From Catajapyx aquilonaris (taxonomy: Eukaryota): 46,776 nucleotides of DNA. The translations under genes and the position numbers were made by a program. This document shows positions 35,486 through 46,776 of the stretch, one piece after another. The notes under the pieces were generated by a model. The model made no database searches, was not told the origin of the DNA, and saw only the letters and a program-made list of their open reading frames with translations. The stretch lies in NCBI GenBank assembly GCA_000934665.2, contig KZ538798.1:1-46776 (forward strand). Reading direction: 5' to 3'. Position 1 is the stretch's first letter. The number at the start of each line of letters is the position of its first letter.

Positions 35486-35849
35486 CATTTCTGTCAATAC
35501 AGACACGAGCAAACTTTTGCAACACAAGGTATTAAGACACTAGTAAGTCAGAATTTTAAAAAGGTACAATGAATGCTTGGCAATGATGGGCTATGCTTTC
35601 ATAACAGGAGACCCCATACTTTTACCTACTTTCTTAGGTATGTATCTGCTGAAGGATAGGCCTGTATCTGCTGGGAAGGAAGGTTAGGTCATGGGGTAGG
35701 TTGGTGCAGCGTGCCCCTCCCCCTGCCACATTTGGTGTCCCATTATGAAAGTCCCTCCCAATGATGCATCACCTTTCTGTGACAATTAGTTGTAAGTTTC
35801 ATGATCATTCAACCTGTAGACTTTTCAGTCACAAATTTACAGTACATAC

Positions 35850-36009
35850 ACTGGAATCTGGTATGATGTCTTCACGAGCATTGCCAGCATCTTCAGGTTT
35901 GTCTCGAGTGCGCTCCAGATTGGCCAGGTCCCTCGAGTTGCCCCCAAGGTCCCAGATCCTAGGCTTCTTCCCTTCCTTGGATGATGCTTGGGATGGTTTT
36001 GGACTCTTC
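35850..36009 (-). CDS. SRPRA: SRP receptor alpha, exon 6 (KEGKKPRIWDLGG)
   Basis: Matches the conserved GKKxRxWxLGG linker motif; phase 2 to 0; acceptor aacag, donor GTATGT. Confidence 0.93.
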
Positions 36010-36202
36010 CTGTTTGCATGGACGAGACACCAAGTAGGGTAAGCAAAATTGAGGCAAAGTTGAGACTAAGGAGTAGGTGGAGGTTTACGTCCATTACTAC
36101 GGCCACATTTCGTTATGCCTGAGGCATATTACTCCACTGGGACCAGTCTACTTTTTGCTGTTGACTGTACAAATTGTAAAAGAAATTGGAATTACAACTT
36201 AC

Positions 36203-36341
36203 TGATTGCCCTTATTCTTCTTTGGCTGGGCCATACGAGATGCCAGACGCTGGCGGTTTTGCATAATCATGTCTTCATCCAGCTCACCGTTAATTTTTGG
36301 AGGAATTCCTAACTCATACTTTGTCATCACCTCCAGTTTTT
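36203..36341 (-). CDS. SRPRA: SRP receptor alpha, exon 5 (linker)
   Basis: Acceptor tttcag, donor GTAAGT; phase 1 to 2 fits both neighbours; NGELDEDMIMQNRQRL. Confidence 0.88.
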
Positions 36342-37042
36342 CTGAAATAAAAATTAGCTTGTACTTAAACATACTGTGCATCTGATAGGATGACAACTTT
36401 ACTTTTTACTCGTGTCAAAATTTATATGTATCTTTTCCAATAACCCATCACAAGCTTGCACAGTAGTGCATGATCCACCAAAATCATTCATAATCATCCA
36501 CATCACCAACACACACCCTGACCTTTTCTACTTAATTTGAAATAATTTGTCTGAAGGTCAGGGAGGCCCAATAACATCTCTTGTGCACAAATTTCTCATG
36601 CATTTATGAAAGTCAGTGCCAGTATTCCTGCCTTTCTATTAACTCATGGAGGTTCACAGTGCACTCTTGGATCTCTTATTAACCTTCCAACCACCACAAC
36701 TAATGCATCAAGAATCTTCAGAGACAGAGGCCTGATGTCAGAGAAACTCTTTCCTGTCAGGTAGGTATAATCATAGAGAACAGGAATGGATCAAGCATGT
36801 AAAAATTGTAGGCTACTGTGGAAGAAGGCATGAATGTCAATGAGTGCAGATACAAGGTTCACTGAGATGAAAGTGAACTCATCAACTGTATGCAGGCATG
36901 GTTACAAATAAGTCCTGCTAAAAATTCGTGACATACTGAGACATGTCTCATCTGCCAGTTGACCAAATTTTATTTACATCTGAATGGTAGGCGAGCTAGA
37001 AGAAATTCCCAAAGGTACCCCCACACAGGTCCAACAGCATTG

Positions 37043-37373
37043 CAGTGGCATAAGTTAGAGAAGGGAGGTAAAAGAAAAAAGATGCAATAATGACTCGAAA
37101 TGCATGGTTATTCAAGTGTACTCCCCAAGATCCTGACACCTGCACACTGCTGGACCAAATGTCCAGTACACAGTCTGCCTCTCATTACAGTGCTGTCAAG
37201 AGGAATTCTCCATTGGGAACAATGGTAATTTACATTATGTGTACTGGATGATCGGTCTAGCAGTAGAACAGGTGTCTCAATGGTCTTGGGGTTAGTATAC
37301 TTGAATAAACCATGGATTCCAAGTCATTATTGCATCTCTTCTTTCACCTTACCCTCTCCATCCCATATCACTG
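37043..37373. mobile_element. Old fold-back MITE with CAGTG...CACTG ends
   Basis: gatgcaataatgact...catggttattcaagt is inverted relative to acttgaataaccatg...agtcattattgcatc. Confidence 0.7.
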
Positions 37374-38310
37374 CATGACTGACTCACTTTCACATGATGG
37401 AGTGTGGTTGATTATGGACAATGTTGACAGATTGAATGTGACGAATTATTATTTTTTCATCTGAAAAATTGCAGAAATTGTTACCCCTGTGGCAGGAAAC
37501 CCTTCTATAAGCTGCTATAAACACTACCTTCAGGTACAACATGAATTAGGACAAACACATAAATTATTTTGTTACTTCCAACAAGATACACTCAAATTAG
37601 CTTCCTGACATTTGAACTATTGAAGCTTTCAGTTAATCTGGAGTATAACCTGGTTACTAAAAAGCCACTAAAGGATTTCATTTAAATATTGATACAGTAT
37701 CAACAGAATTATTAGGAATCACCCCGACCCAGGCTCTAATTTTTCTTTCACTTTGAAAAACAGTAGATCACTTGTATTCACATCCTTCTCGTTCTCTTTC
37801 TAAATGCACAAGCTTCATCATGTATTAGTAGATCATAGCAACTGAAATTAAGCTTATGGGCTGCATATCTGGGAATTAGACCAAGCTTGTTAGAAGAGAA
37901 CTGATCTGTAATATTTTCATTGCATATTTCGAGGTGCAACATTACCACAAAAAACGCTTGACACCCAATTTAAACATCAGACAATTGCATAAAAATTCTT
38001 CACAGATTTTGCCATTCAATGCTAAATGTGACTGAAGCGCAAGTGAGGTAAAATGTTCACGTGCTTGAGACACTTGGTAATAAGCGGGGAAAGTTTAATT
38101 TTCACCTTATAAATTTTATATGGTTTGCACTAGCTAAAATTACTGGTTAACGAGAACTAGGGATCATTGTGATGTTCAAGTCCTGCAAGTGCTACTGAAA
38201 TATCATTTAAAGCACCAGGATAAGGGGCAATTATTTTGTAGTAGAAACAAACCGTGTAACTTTAATATAAGCACTTGTTAACTTATGTTATGTGGTAATA
38301 AAGGACAAAC

Positions 38311-38382
38311 CTTGGTCCCGGTAATTTCCATCACCATTTGAAAACTCCACATTGTTCCTTTCGCCTTTCTTTTTCTCCTTCC
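38311..38382 (-). CDS. SRPRA: SRP receptor alpha, exon 4 (72 bp, symmetric phase 1)
   Basis: Acceptor ttcatag, donor GTTTGT; open frame KEKKKGERNNVEFSNGDGNYRDQ; follows a 72-bp intron. Confidence 0.7.
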
Positions 38383-38454
38383 CTATGAAAGCAAGTCATA
38401 CCTAAAACCCAAAAGCCAAATAAAGGACAAGGTTGCTGTAGGATGCTTCCTCAC

Positions 38455-38662
38455 CTGCCTTCTTGGCCTCTTTCTTTGCTGCAGCCTCACTTGCAGGAGC
38501 AGAAAAGCCTGCCCCTGCTTTCTCCACCATGGAAGCCACTGTTTTCTTGGACTTTTGTGATTCTTTGAACGTTCTCATCTGTTTGGGAGCCTTCGACTGC
38601 AATTGGCTCCAAGCTTCTGCCTCATGAAGAACTGAGTTAAACTCGCTCTTGAATTCAAATTC
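38455..38662 (-). CDS. SRPRA: SRP receptor alpha, exon 3
   Basis: EFEFKSEF...KAPKQMRTFKESQKSKKTVASM; acceptor cacag, donor GTGAGG. Confidence 0.95.
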
Positions 38663-38751
38663 CTGTGAGAAATCACTTGCATTAAATTCAGCAGTTCCAA
38701 TATTTCGACCCTATTATTCCTTCCAAATGAAAATTACCCATCACATAAATA

Positions 38752-39282
38752 CTAGGGTCATTCAAATGAAAACGAGTCACGGTCATATAGCAACTTTCCA
38801 GGTCGGTTTCTGCCGACATCTTATACATGTAATGAAGGTCGTACCGGTGTAGTATTACAACACACAGACAGTTGGCCATTTGATCACTCCACAGAGTCGC
38901 AGTGTGCCTTCGTGCAGGATCCCCCCATCAAAGAGACCATCCAGTCAGATATGGAAGCAACAAATGTTGAGCACCGAGCGGTTATTCGTTTTTTGAACTG
39001 CGGAAGGTGTTGGAAGTACAAAAATCTAACGCCATACGAGTACCATGTACGAAAACTGCATATCTTTGTCGTGTTAGAGCCTGGAGTAAGCAATTTTGAG
39101 AGGGGCAATCATCGTTGACTGGTGATTCGAGGCCAGGGCAAGGAAACTCCTTACTCCAGGCTGTAACACAACAAAGACATGCAGTTTTCATACATAGTAC
39201 TCATTCGGCGATGGATTTCTGCTCTAATTATGCTATATTCTTGCTATATGACAGTGGCTCGTTTTCATCTGAATGACCCAAA
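38752..39282 (+). mobile_element. Mariner-derived MITE filling most of SRPRA intron 2
   Basis: TIRs GGGTCATTCAAATGAAAACGAG and CTCGTTTTCATCTGAATGACCC with TA flanks; residual transposase start MEATNVEHRAVIRFL. Confidence 0.85.
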
Positions 39283-39317
39283 TATTCCACTTACATACAC
39301 TTACATATAGCACATAC

Positions 39318-39515
39318 CTTAAATAGTAGTCCTTGTTGCAAGTCATTCTTATACTTGTCTCTGAACTCCAAATGGATGTCATCAAGGAATTTATCCACGT
39401 AGGAAAGATGCAGAATCTTTTGGTATGCAACTACAAATACCAACTCAAACTCATTATCCAACTTGTACTGCAGCATTAGGGCCTCATGTTCAAATGTCCT
39501 GTTGCCACTCCGCTC
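39318..39515 (-). CDS. SRPRA: SRP receptor alpha, exon 2 (longin domain)
   Basis: ERSGNRTFEHEALMLQYKLDNEFELVFVVAYQKIL; acceptor aacag, donor GTATGT. Confidence 0.97.
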
Positions 39516-39859
39516 CTGTTAGAATACATAAATCACACATTAGGTTCTGAAAATAATTTCCTTCCTCATGAATAATAAAACAACATTGTAGTTATCTTGA
39601 AACACAACAACAATACTTCTATCACATCCAAATTGATGGCAGATAATTTTGTTGCAAGGTTCCAAGAGTTCAATAGAAACCCAGTACATTCATTTTTCAC
39701 AGCAAATTAAAAGTATAGTTCTGCAGCAGCGAAACACATTCAAGATGCATTTGTGAGGTATTACAGTGCCTATGTGGCATATCACAGGCATAAAACCTAG
39801 CTAGCCCATTATTCAGACTAGCCTTCAGGTAAAAATATTGCAGGTGAACACTTTAATTT

Positions 39860-40131
39860 GGGGGCTTAACGTCGGCCTATTTCTGCTGCGAGGCTAAACA
39901 CCGATGCCAGGGGGTGGTCTTCCTCCTGGAAATTTGGCCACTCTGGGGATCTTTAACGTGCACTCGCGCAATGTCACAAGCACACGGGACCGACAGCTTT
40001 ACTTCCCCTCCGAAGGAAGGCGCACTCTCACTTTTCTACCACCTGGAGAAAAGTCACCGTCCGCAGCCGGGTTTGAACCCACAACTTTGGGACCAGAGGC
40101 GAGCATGTTAACCACCAGTCCACCGGCGCCG
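39860..40131 (-). mobile_element. tRNA-derived SINE with Deu/Nin-like domain
   Basis: Minus strand: A box TGGACTGGTGG, B box GGTTCAAACCC, then CCTTCGGAGGGGAAGTAAAGCTGTCGGTCCCG...GCACGTTAAAGATCCCC. Confidence 0.85.
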
Positions 40132-41385
40132 GTTGCAGGTAAACACTATGACAAGGTAATTACTATTTTAGCTATCCTAATTGAGCCTAATTGATCATAA
40201 CCTAACTTTGCTAATCCTGATGTCTCATTAAGTCTATTTTAACCTGATCTACCTTTGCCTAACCTTCACTATTCTAATGTAATTAAACCTAATCTGCCCT
40301 GTCTCAATGAAATAAGCATTATTGAGGCCACTTTTATCAACTGAAGCTAATGTTAAAATCCGAGTCCCTTGCACTGGAATGCATGGCATGTGATCATAAT
40401 TACCACCTCCCATTCACTCGACATAACCAGTCCCACAGCACATTTTCAGTCGAGATTGCAATACGGGAATTCTGTCAATTCAAGGATTGGGTCGGCCAAT
40501 ATCATCATCGCAGCAGAGCACACATGTCATTCCTTATTCCAGTCCAATTTCGCAGAAAAAAATGGGGTCCCTATGCACCATCACCAAGTAATACCCCGGG
40601 CGAACCTTCCATTCACGGTCAGGAAGCTATGGGACCTTTGGCAAATTTCAAAATAAAAATGTTCTGCAATATGTAACATTAGGCCTATTCTCTAACTTAG
40701 GTGCCTTATGACAGTATTTTCAAGATTCTCATGGATAAAAGTTTAAAATGCATGATTATTGCATTTGTTTGTATCCTCCGCAAATGTCTTTCTGTCTCTT
40801 CTGCTTTACCCTACAAAATCAAGGGGACATCCTGTCTTGCTGCCAAGACCACAAAATTATTCCTCAATTTTAGACAAGTGCCTGCTATATTCAAGTCTGC
40901 TATGGGCAGATTTCACTCCATTATCACACTGACATCCTGCTTCCTAAGCAACCTCTGTACGTGCATGGGCTGACCTGTCCTCCCATCCATATTTGAGTCA
41001 CATATATTCAGCCTCATCGATGTGTCGGTATACATGGGGGCAACCTGGCAGCCTGTCAAGCACCTGATTGTTGATGAGGAGTGAATCAGCATTGTTAGGT
41101 GTCAGAATGTCAAGATCAGGGTCATTTTTTGTAATGAAAAATAAACAGTGCCATTCAGTCCAATGCCGTTTCTCATCATTTTTCCCTCAAGTCACTGCGG
41201 GTACCTCGTGGGGTACCCTTACCGCATGCACCAAAGGTGCACCCACCACAAGCCTGTTAATGCACACACAGTGCATTAACAGGCTTGTAGCTCCTATACA
41301 TTAGTTGATGATCCCTAGTTTGATGTCTGACTGGCACAATTACCCCATTCTGCTCCTCTCCAACTCAGCTGAGACCACACAGCTT

Positions 41386-41495
41386 CCGTCCCAAGGAGAA
41401 ACACCCTACCTGCAAAACTAGTAAGGGTGAAGGTTGCGTGCATGCAACTTTCACCCTCACTAGTTTTGCAGTTAGGGTGTTTCTCCTTGGGATGG
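41386..41495. repeat. 110-bp near-perfect palindrome
   Basis: Two 55-bp arms with no spacer and 5 mismatches. Confidence 0.92.
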
Positions 41496-42158
41496 CAGAG
41501 AGGAGTCCCTACATGTGGAAGACATGATGGAAGCAGAGGTGTCGTTCCGAGGAAAGCAAGCCACATTGCTGTTAGTGATTGTAAGTGTATTTGGACTTCC
41601 ACTGTTGGGCTTCACACTTTCGGGGATTTTTGTGCAAGGATGCCATCCCAAATAGTTTGACCTGAGCGGAATTTCCAGATCTCTTCACCAAAGAATTACA
41701 AACTTACACAAGTCTTCCACTAAATTGAGGTTAATGCATCTGTTCTTACACAGTTCTTAAAGGCTCACCCTCTTCCATTTGCTTTGAAGGAACCAATCTC
41801 ATCTGAGTCGGACCCGCAACAGCAGAATAGGGTAATTCTGCCAGTCAGACATTCAAACAGGGCATCACCCACAGTTACTATGAAAAAATCAAACGGATCA
41901 TGGAGAATTTGCAGCCACAACACTGGTAAAACTATTGGGATGAGAAAGACCAGGCTAGAATTCGCTATGACGAGAGTCTTTCGTCTTTTCAGGAACATTT
42001 TTTTGGAGATGGAATTTTTTCACAATTGAAGTTGTAACTATCAGGACTAGCCACATTATTATACACAAGTCTTCAAGTAATAAAAAAGAAGCCAATTTAA
42101 AACTTATGTGCAATCTACCCATATGTATGTGTTACACATGTATTAATAATTAGTGGTA

Positions 42159-42337
42159 CAGTCAACAGGCATCCTCCCACTTTTAAATTTCAATGGAGAT
42201 ACCCTTACCCAACAATATCAGTAAACAACGTCCTTTTGTTGACACTGTTGACACTTGTTGTTTTGTGAGAGGGCATCCCCAAGGAAGCTTCAAAAGTGGG
42301 TGGTTCCAGAAGTGCATTCTAGGATGCCCATTGACTG
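42159..42337. mobile_element. Small Tc1/pogo-like MITE
   Basis: TA-CAGTCAACAGGCATCCT...AGGATGCCCATTGACTG-TA. Confidence 0.7.
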
Positions 42338-42672
42338 TAGAAATAACTGCAGGTGAGCAAATGTTTACTTCCACTTGAGCTAGCAAAGGTTAAACAACCC
42401 TTGCATGCACCTGATAGGAGGTGCTGCTGGGCAATCACAGCTGGGGCCAATTAAAATCCACATGTCCCAACAACCTAATCAAGGCCTGCCTGCATCACCA
42501 ACTAGCTGTCCTTGAGAAATAAAACTAGTGAGGTAACCAGAACACTCGTAAGTCTTTGTGCATTTCTGCCTCAGGCACCATCTCCCAAATTTTCTCATAA
42601 TTAGTGCAATTCGAATGAAATCCCTCCAAAATCAAGCATACAAGTAGCACAGCTGTTTCCCTTGCATACAAC

Positions 42673-42789
42673 CTGGAGAATTGCCGATCTGATGAGTGCG
42701 TTGACGGAGGGTGTGAAGAGGCTGCTTGTGCTTTGAAAGCACCACAAAACAATTCCACCTTTGCTGAAGATGGCAAAGAGGTCCAACAT
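42673..42789 (-). CDS. SRPRA: SRP receptor alpha, first coding exon (MLDLFAIFSKGGIVLWCFQ...IRSAILQ)
   Basis: Conserved SRalpha N-terminus; ATG at 42789; donor CAG|GTTGTA, phase 0. Confidence 0.97.
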
Positions 42790-43777
42790 GGTTCAGGCCG
42801 GGAAGAAGGAAATGGGGGGGGGGGGAAGCTTAGGTTCCTAAATANTAGGTTCCTAAATAATAAAAACTATATAAAAAATAATAACAACAAAACGCCTGCT
42901 GCCTGCCGCACAGCTGGTATAAAAGCTTCTGCGGGCTACCGCCTGATGACTCGGCCACAAGCAGCCAACTAAGCTCAAGCAGGCGAACAGGCAGACAGGC
43001 CTGGAAATACAATCAGATCGTCCATCGCATAGCATACATTGGTATCGGCCGAAAAATGTGACTGGCTGGAGAAGTTATATAATTGGATTCGGTACCTCCA
43101 TCCATAAGTTACATCGCTTATTCTTACATATGCAATAATATTCAAGACCAGGTATGATGTGCAATACCTGCACCGATCTGCATGAATTCCACGGGTATAT
43201 ATGGATGAAGTCATGTTGTAGCTCGAAGTTGCTCGGACCAATCGTGATACGACAAGTACATCACATGATGTTTAATTTTAAACATGGCGGCTCAAGCGTA
43301 TTGAAGCTCAAACTGGGGTATAGGCACCCATGTTTGAGGTCGGTCCAATCATAATTTGTTATGACGGTCACATGACTTGGACGTGAAACATGTCCGTCGT
43401 TGGACCTACTTTCATCGATACGTTCGCCGACCGGTTTTCACCTCAATTATCTGAAAGTAGTCCGCCCTCACGCACCACAGGCTATGCTTTCTAGAGAAGA
43501 GGACGGGATTTAGAGGCTTTTTGTATCGCTTTCTGGAAGTCCCGTAGGAGGCGCTTGAAAACGAGGCTGTTGAGAGGGAGTTCGACGCCGGCGCCGGCGT
43601 CTGTGGCCTGCTGCCTGCTGGTGTCCACCGGCTCATCACAATATTTTACAATGGACGTGCGCATCTTGACTACTTGAGCCAAAGTATCGTGTAAGGATAC
43701 GACAATGTCACAAATACGCAGGTACTTATTTGGCTCGCTGAACCTGCCATTATGGCCCAAAATATGTTGGACTGGAA

Positions 43778-44044
43778 CATGCGGGCGTATCCAGGATTTA
43801 TAGGTTAGGGGGGGCAGGAGGGCCCCACCTGCCCTCATCCTCCGTCTGACTGCCTAGCAAGATTCGGAAGGAACTGTCTCAACAACAACAATTGTTTTAG
43901 ATTACTTTCATTTGACCCCGAAGGCTCAGAAAAATCAGTCAAAACCTTCAGTCATTTGAAAAACTAGGGAATTTTCTGCACTTCCCTGAGATTTAGGGGG
44001 GGGGGGGGGCAGCTGCCTCCCCTGCCCCCCTGGCTACGCCCATG
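43778..44044. mobile_element. hAT-type MITE
   Basis: Perfect 8-bp TSD GACTGGAA at 43770-43777 and 44045-44052; ends CATGCGGGCGTATCCAGG and CCTGGCTACGCCCATG. Confidence 0.88.
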
Positions 44045-44831
44045 GACTGGAACGAACATGTCTGATGTCGCTTCCAAGCAGCATCAAAGGAATGGCGCCC
44101 ATGGGTGTTAATGAGCTGAATAGTTTGTGATAACCACAATGTATAATTCGCATTCAACAGTACTACCTACTGTTATAATTATGTAATTCTTCAGTTACAA
44201 CTTACATCACAATTTTAGTATTTATTGCAATTACCTATCAGAGGCGAGGGGGCGGTAACCGGCACGAACGGCCCCGATTTTTCCTCCAATCCCAATGGTT
44301 TTTTGCACTGCGCATGTCAGGCTGGAAAGTTTCGTCCTACATAACAGCAGTAATAGCTAATAATATTAGCTCTTAATATCAGTTAATTACCATCACCATT
44401 AGCTCTTATTGCCATCACCGACAGATAAATAGCCCGTCGCATACAAACTGATACTTATCTCTATGATTTCCGATGATTTCAATTATTGAACAAAACAGCT
44501 TATCGGCTTTATTCATCACTGCCCCAGAGCAGCCCCCGACGAGCGCCGACGAGGGACGTCGACACATCATTAGGCATCAAAAGACCAGTGCGGAAGGCAC
44601 GACGCGTGTGGGAGTTGTTGTTTCGATACACCATGCCGCCGTATACGTATAGTGACAAGTGTTTAATTTGGGACAGATCCTGGATGGCACGACGTGTGGC
44701 TGTGCCCTACTTCCGCCCTACTTCCGCTCTGGGGCTATTACGCCTAGTATTACGCCAAGGTTTAACCGGCCAGGACACGGTCGGCCAGGAAGCCTGCTGT
44801 ACTCCATGCTGCGGTAGCGAAAAGCGGAGCA

Positions 44832-45374
44832 ATGGATGGAATCACTCTGGATGGAATCGATGGATGCCCCGTTGAGCGAGGAGAAGTGGGCCTCAGAAAC
44901 CGAGGCTCTGACGATGACGATTCATCCGCCCGACCCTGCGCCCCCCGTCCTCCACCAACCCACCTGCTCCCTCTCCCACATAAGTCCCCCCCCCCTATCT
45001 CCTCACATGACCCGTTGTTTGTCCCCGTGATCAGGTCACCTGAGCAGGAGGCTGGCAAATTCAAACGAGAGTATCTTCTGGCACGGCTAGGCACATACTT
45101 TCGGGACCGCGAGGCCGGGCGCATCCCAAAGATCTTAGTCCGTCGCGGATTTCCGAAACTGTCTGGTACGGCCGACTGTGGTATTGTGAATAAGATGGAC
45201 ATGCTGGACCCTTCGCTGGACTCCAGGTTGGTGGTTCGCGCCTCGATATCCGCATGTTGTGAGGTGTCGCACGTTGTGGTGGTCAGCATGGCAATATGTC
45301 ATTTTGGTATGGGCCTGCCAGCTTGTAACTTTGGTCATAATAGTCGGGCCCAGGATCATTTGTTGGGTAGCTGA
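44832..45374 (+). CDS. Candidate first coding exon of an unidentified divergent gene
   Basis: 180-codon CpG-rich ORF without recognised repeat features; possible donors near 45264 and 45282; no family recognised. Confidence 0.35.
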   Translation: MDGITLDGIDGCPVERGEVGLRNRGSDDDDSSARPCAPRPPPTHLLPLPHKSPPPISSHDPLFVPVIRSPEQEAGKFKREYLLARLGTYFRDREAGRIPKILVRRGFPKLSGTADCGIVNKMDMLDPSLDSRLVVRASISACCEVSHVVVVSMAICHFGMGLPACNFGHNSRAQDHLLGS

Positions 45375-46776
45375 CCTTTACCCTTTGTTGACCTGACCTG
45401 TGTGGTTGTTTATTTTGGTTAGTGCAATGATGCCAACTTGCCTGGGTTCAGGGGAAAAGTAGTGCAAGATAGGCCTTTGATGCCATGGCCCAGCTTGCAC
45501 TTATGTAACAAGCAGATGTTCACTTGTCTTAGACATTTTACATACATGACATGTGCAGGTTTTCTGCTGCTTTGCAGGGATTTACATGCCTGCACATTTC
45601 ATACACACTATGCCACTTAATGCTCTGCAGCTGTGACCAGATTGCCACCCTGCCCAATTAAACAAAAATTGAGTTGACTGGAATGAAATTAGGTAACACT
45701 GCTCCACGGTTGAATGATGAAAACAGGATTGGTTGTTTTTAGTCTCTTGATTAATGTGGTGTGTTTTTATTTATAAAGAAATTCATATAATTATTGTGAG
45801 GGGTTATGCTGTAGGTTTCAATAAAACATCTGGAACTAGTGAAAATTGCATATATATACTAAAGTGGTGAGCAAGCGTAGGGTCAAGTGCAAAGAGTAGG
45901 TGCAACCCAACAAATTGTTTTATGGAAGCAAGTCCATAACAAAGGTTAAATGTAAAACTTGCAAGTGATGGCACCTATTCCATGTGACAAATGCATGAAG
46001 AATTTGTAATTTACATTGATTGGGACATTGATCCATGGGTCTTTAATTGGCTTTCCATACTATTTATACCTATATATACCTAGGTTGATCAAATGAAAAT
46101 GAGAATTTTGTCATAATATGGGCTAAAACCCTCCATTTGGGATACTGCTCCATAGGGGCAGTTGCGGACTCTATGTGGTACTCATGTGTCAGGCAGCATA
46201 TAGGTGTAGTGTGAGTAGGTCAGAATTTATTTCAAGATGGCAGTGCCCCTTCAAACATTAGTCAATAAAAGAGCAGTTATTCTGTTTTGTTCACAAAAGG
46301 GACGAAGGCTATCTAAATGTATTGGCATATGCAGTATAGTGGAGATATGCTATGCATGTCACAGTCACATGCACACAGGTGGTGTAAAAAATCTGAGGTG
46401 TCGTATTCTACTGACATGGCAGTGGCATGTCTGTTACAGTACTTTAATATTTCTTGAATGTCTTATACCACTTGCAGACATGTGACTGCAAGATATATGG
46501 CAGATCTTTGTAATGCCTGTGTTTGCCAATATATTTCGATGAGTTTTGTCCATTCCATGTCCGAAACCAAATAACAGAACTCTTCTCGTCCTGGGTGCAT
46601 GTCAGAGGGGTGCCACAATCTTTGCACAGCTACTGTGTGACTGACACGCCACCTAAGGCAAACAGTCTGAACTTATGAGTAGGCCCCGGATTTGTAGGTT
46701 TTAAAAATCGCCAATTAGGTTTTTTCGATCTGGGTTTTAGGTTTTTACAGGTTTTAAAAACTCTATTTTAGGTTTT

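Noticed and set aside
42943..42975. Hammerhead core CTGATGA
   Set aside because: No stem II followed by GAAA.

Overview
Eukaryotic genomic DNA, probably from an insect or other arthropod (inferred from the protein sequences and repeat families). It holds two spliced genes in tandem on the minus strand. (1) A complete SRP receptor alpha gene (SRPRA): 10 coding exons from 42789 to 28207, all with GT-AG introns and consistent phases, 2028 nt, 675 aa. (2) A partial maelstrom (piRNA pathway) gene: HMG-box-like and MAEL-domain exons from about 19521 to 148; its start codon was not found and its 3' end runs off the window. Most of the remaining sequence is nested transposon debris: a decayed PIF/Harbinger element, Tc1/mariner fragments, hAT-, piggyBac- and MULE-type MITEs, truncated LINEs and at least five tRNA-headed SINE families, two of which carry V-like or Deu/Nin-like conserved domains. 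The most striking structure is the density of long fold-back palindromes, many inside maelstrom introns, including a mariner-derived hairpin built from two transposase 5' ends. A CpG-rich ORF at 44832-45374 may be the first exon of a divergent gene. There is a 200-N scaffold gap at 13675-13874. No prokaryotic systems, CRISPR arrays or true tRNA/rRNA genes were seen, and I found no clearly new biological system. All comparisons were made by eye.
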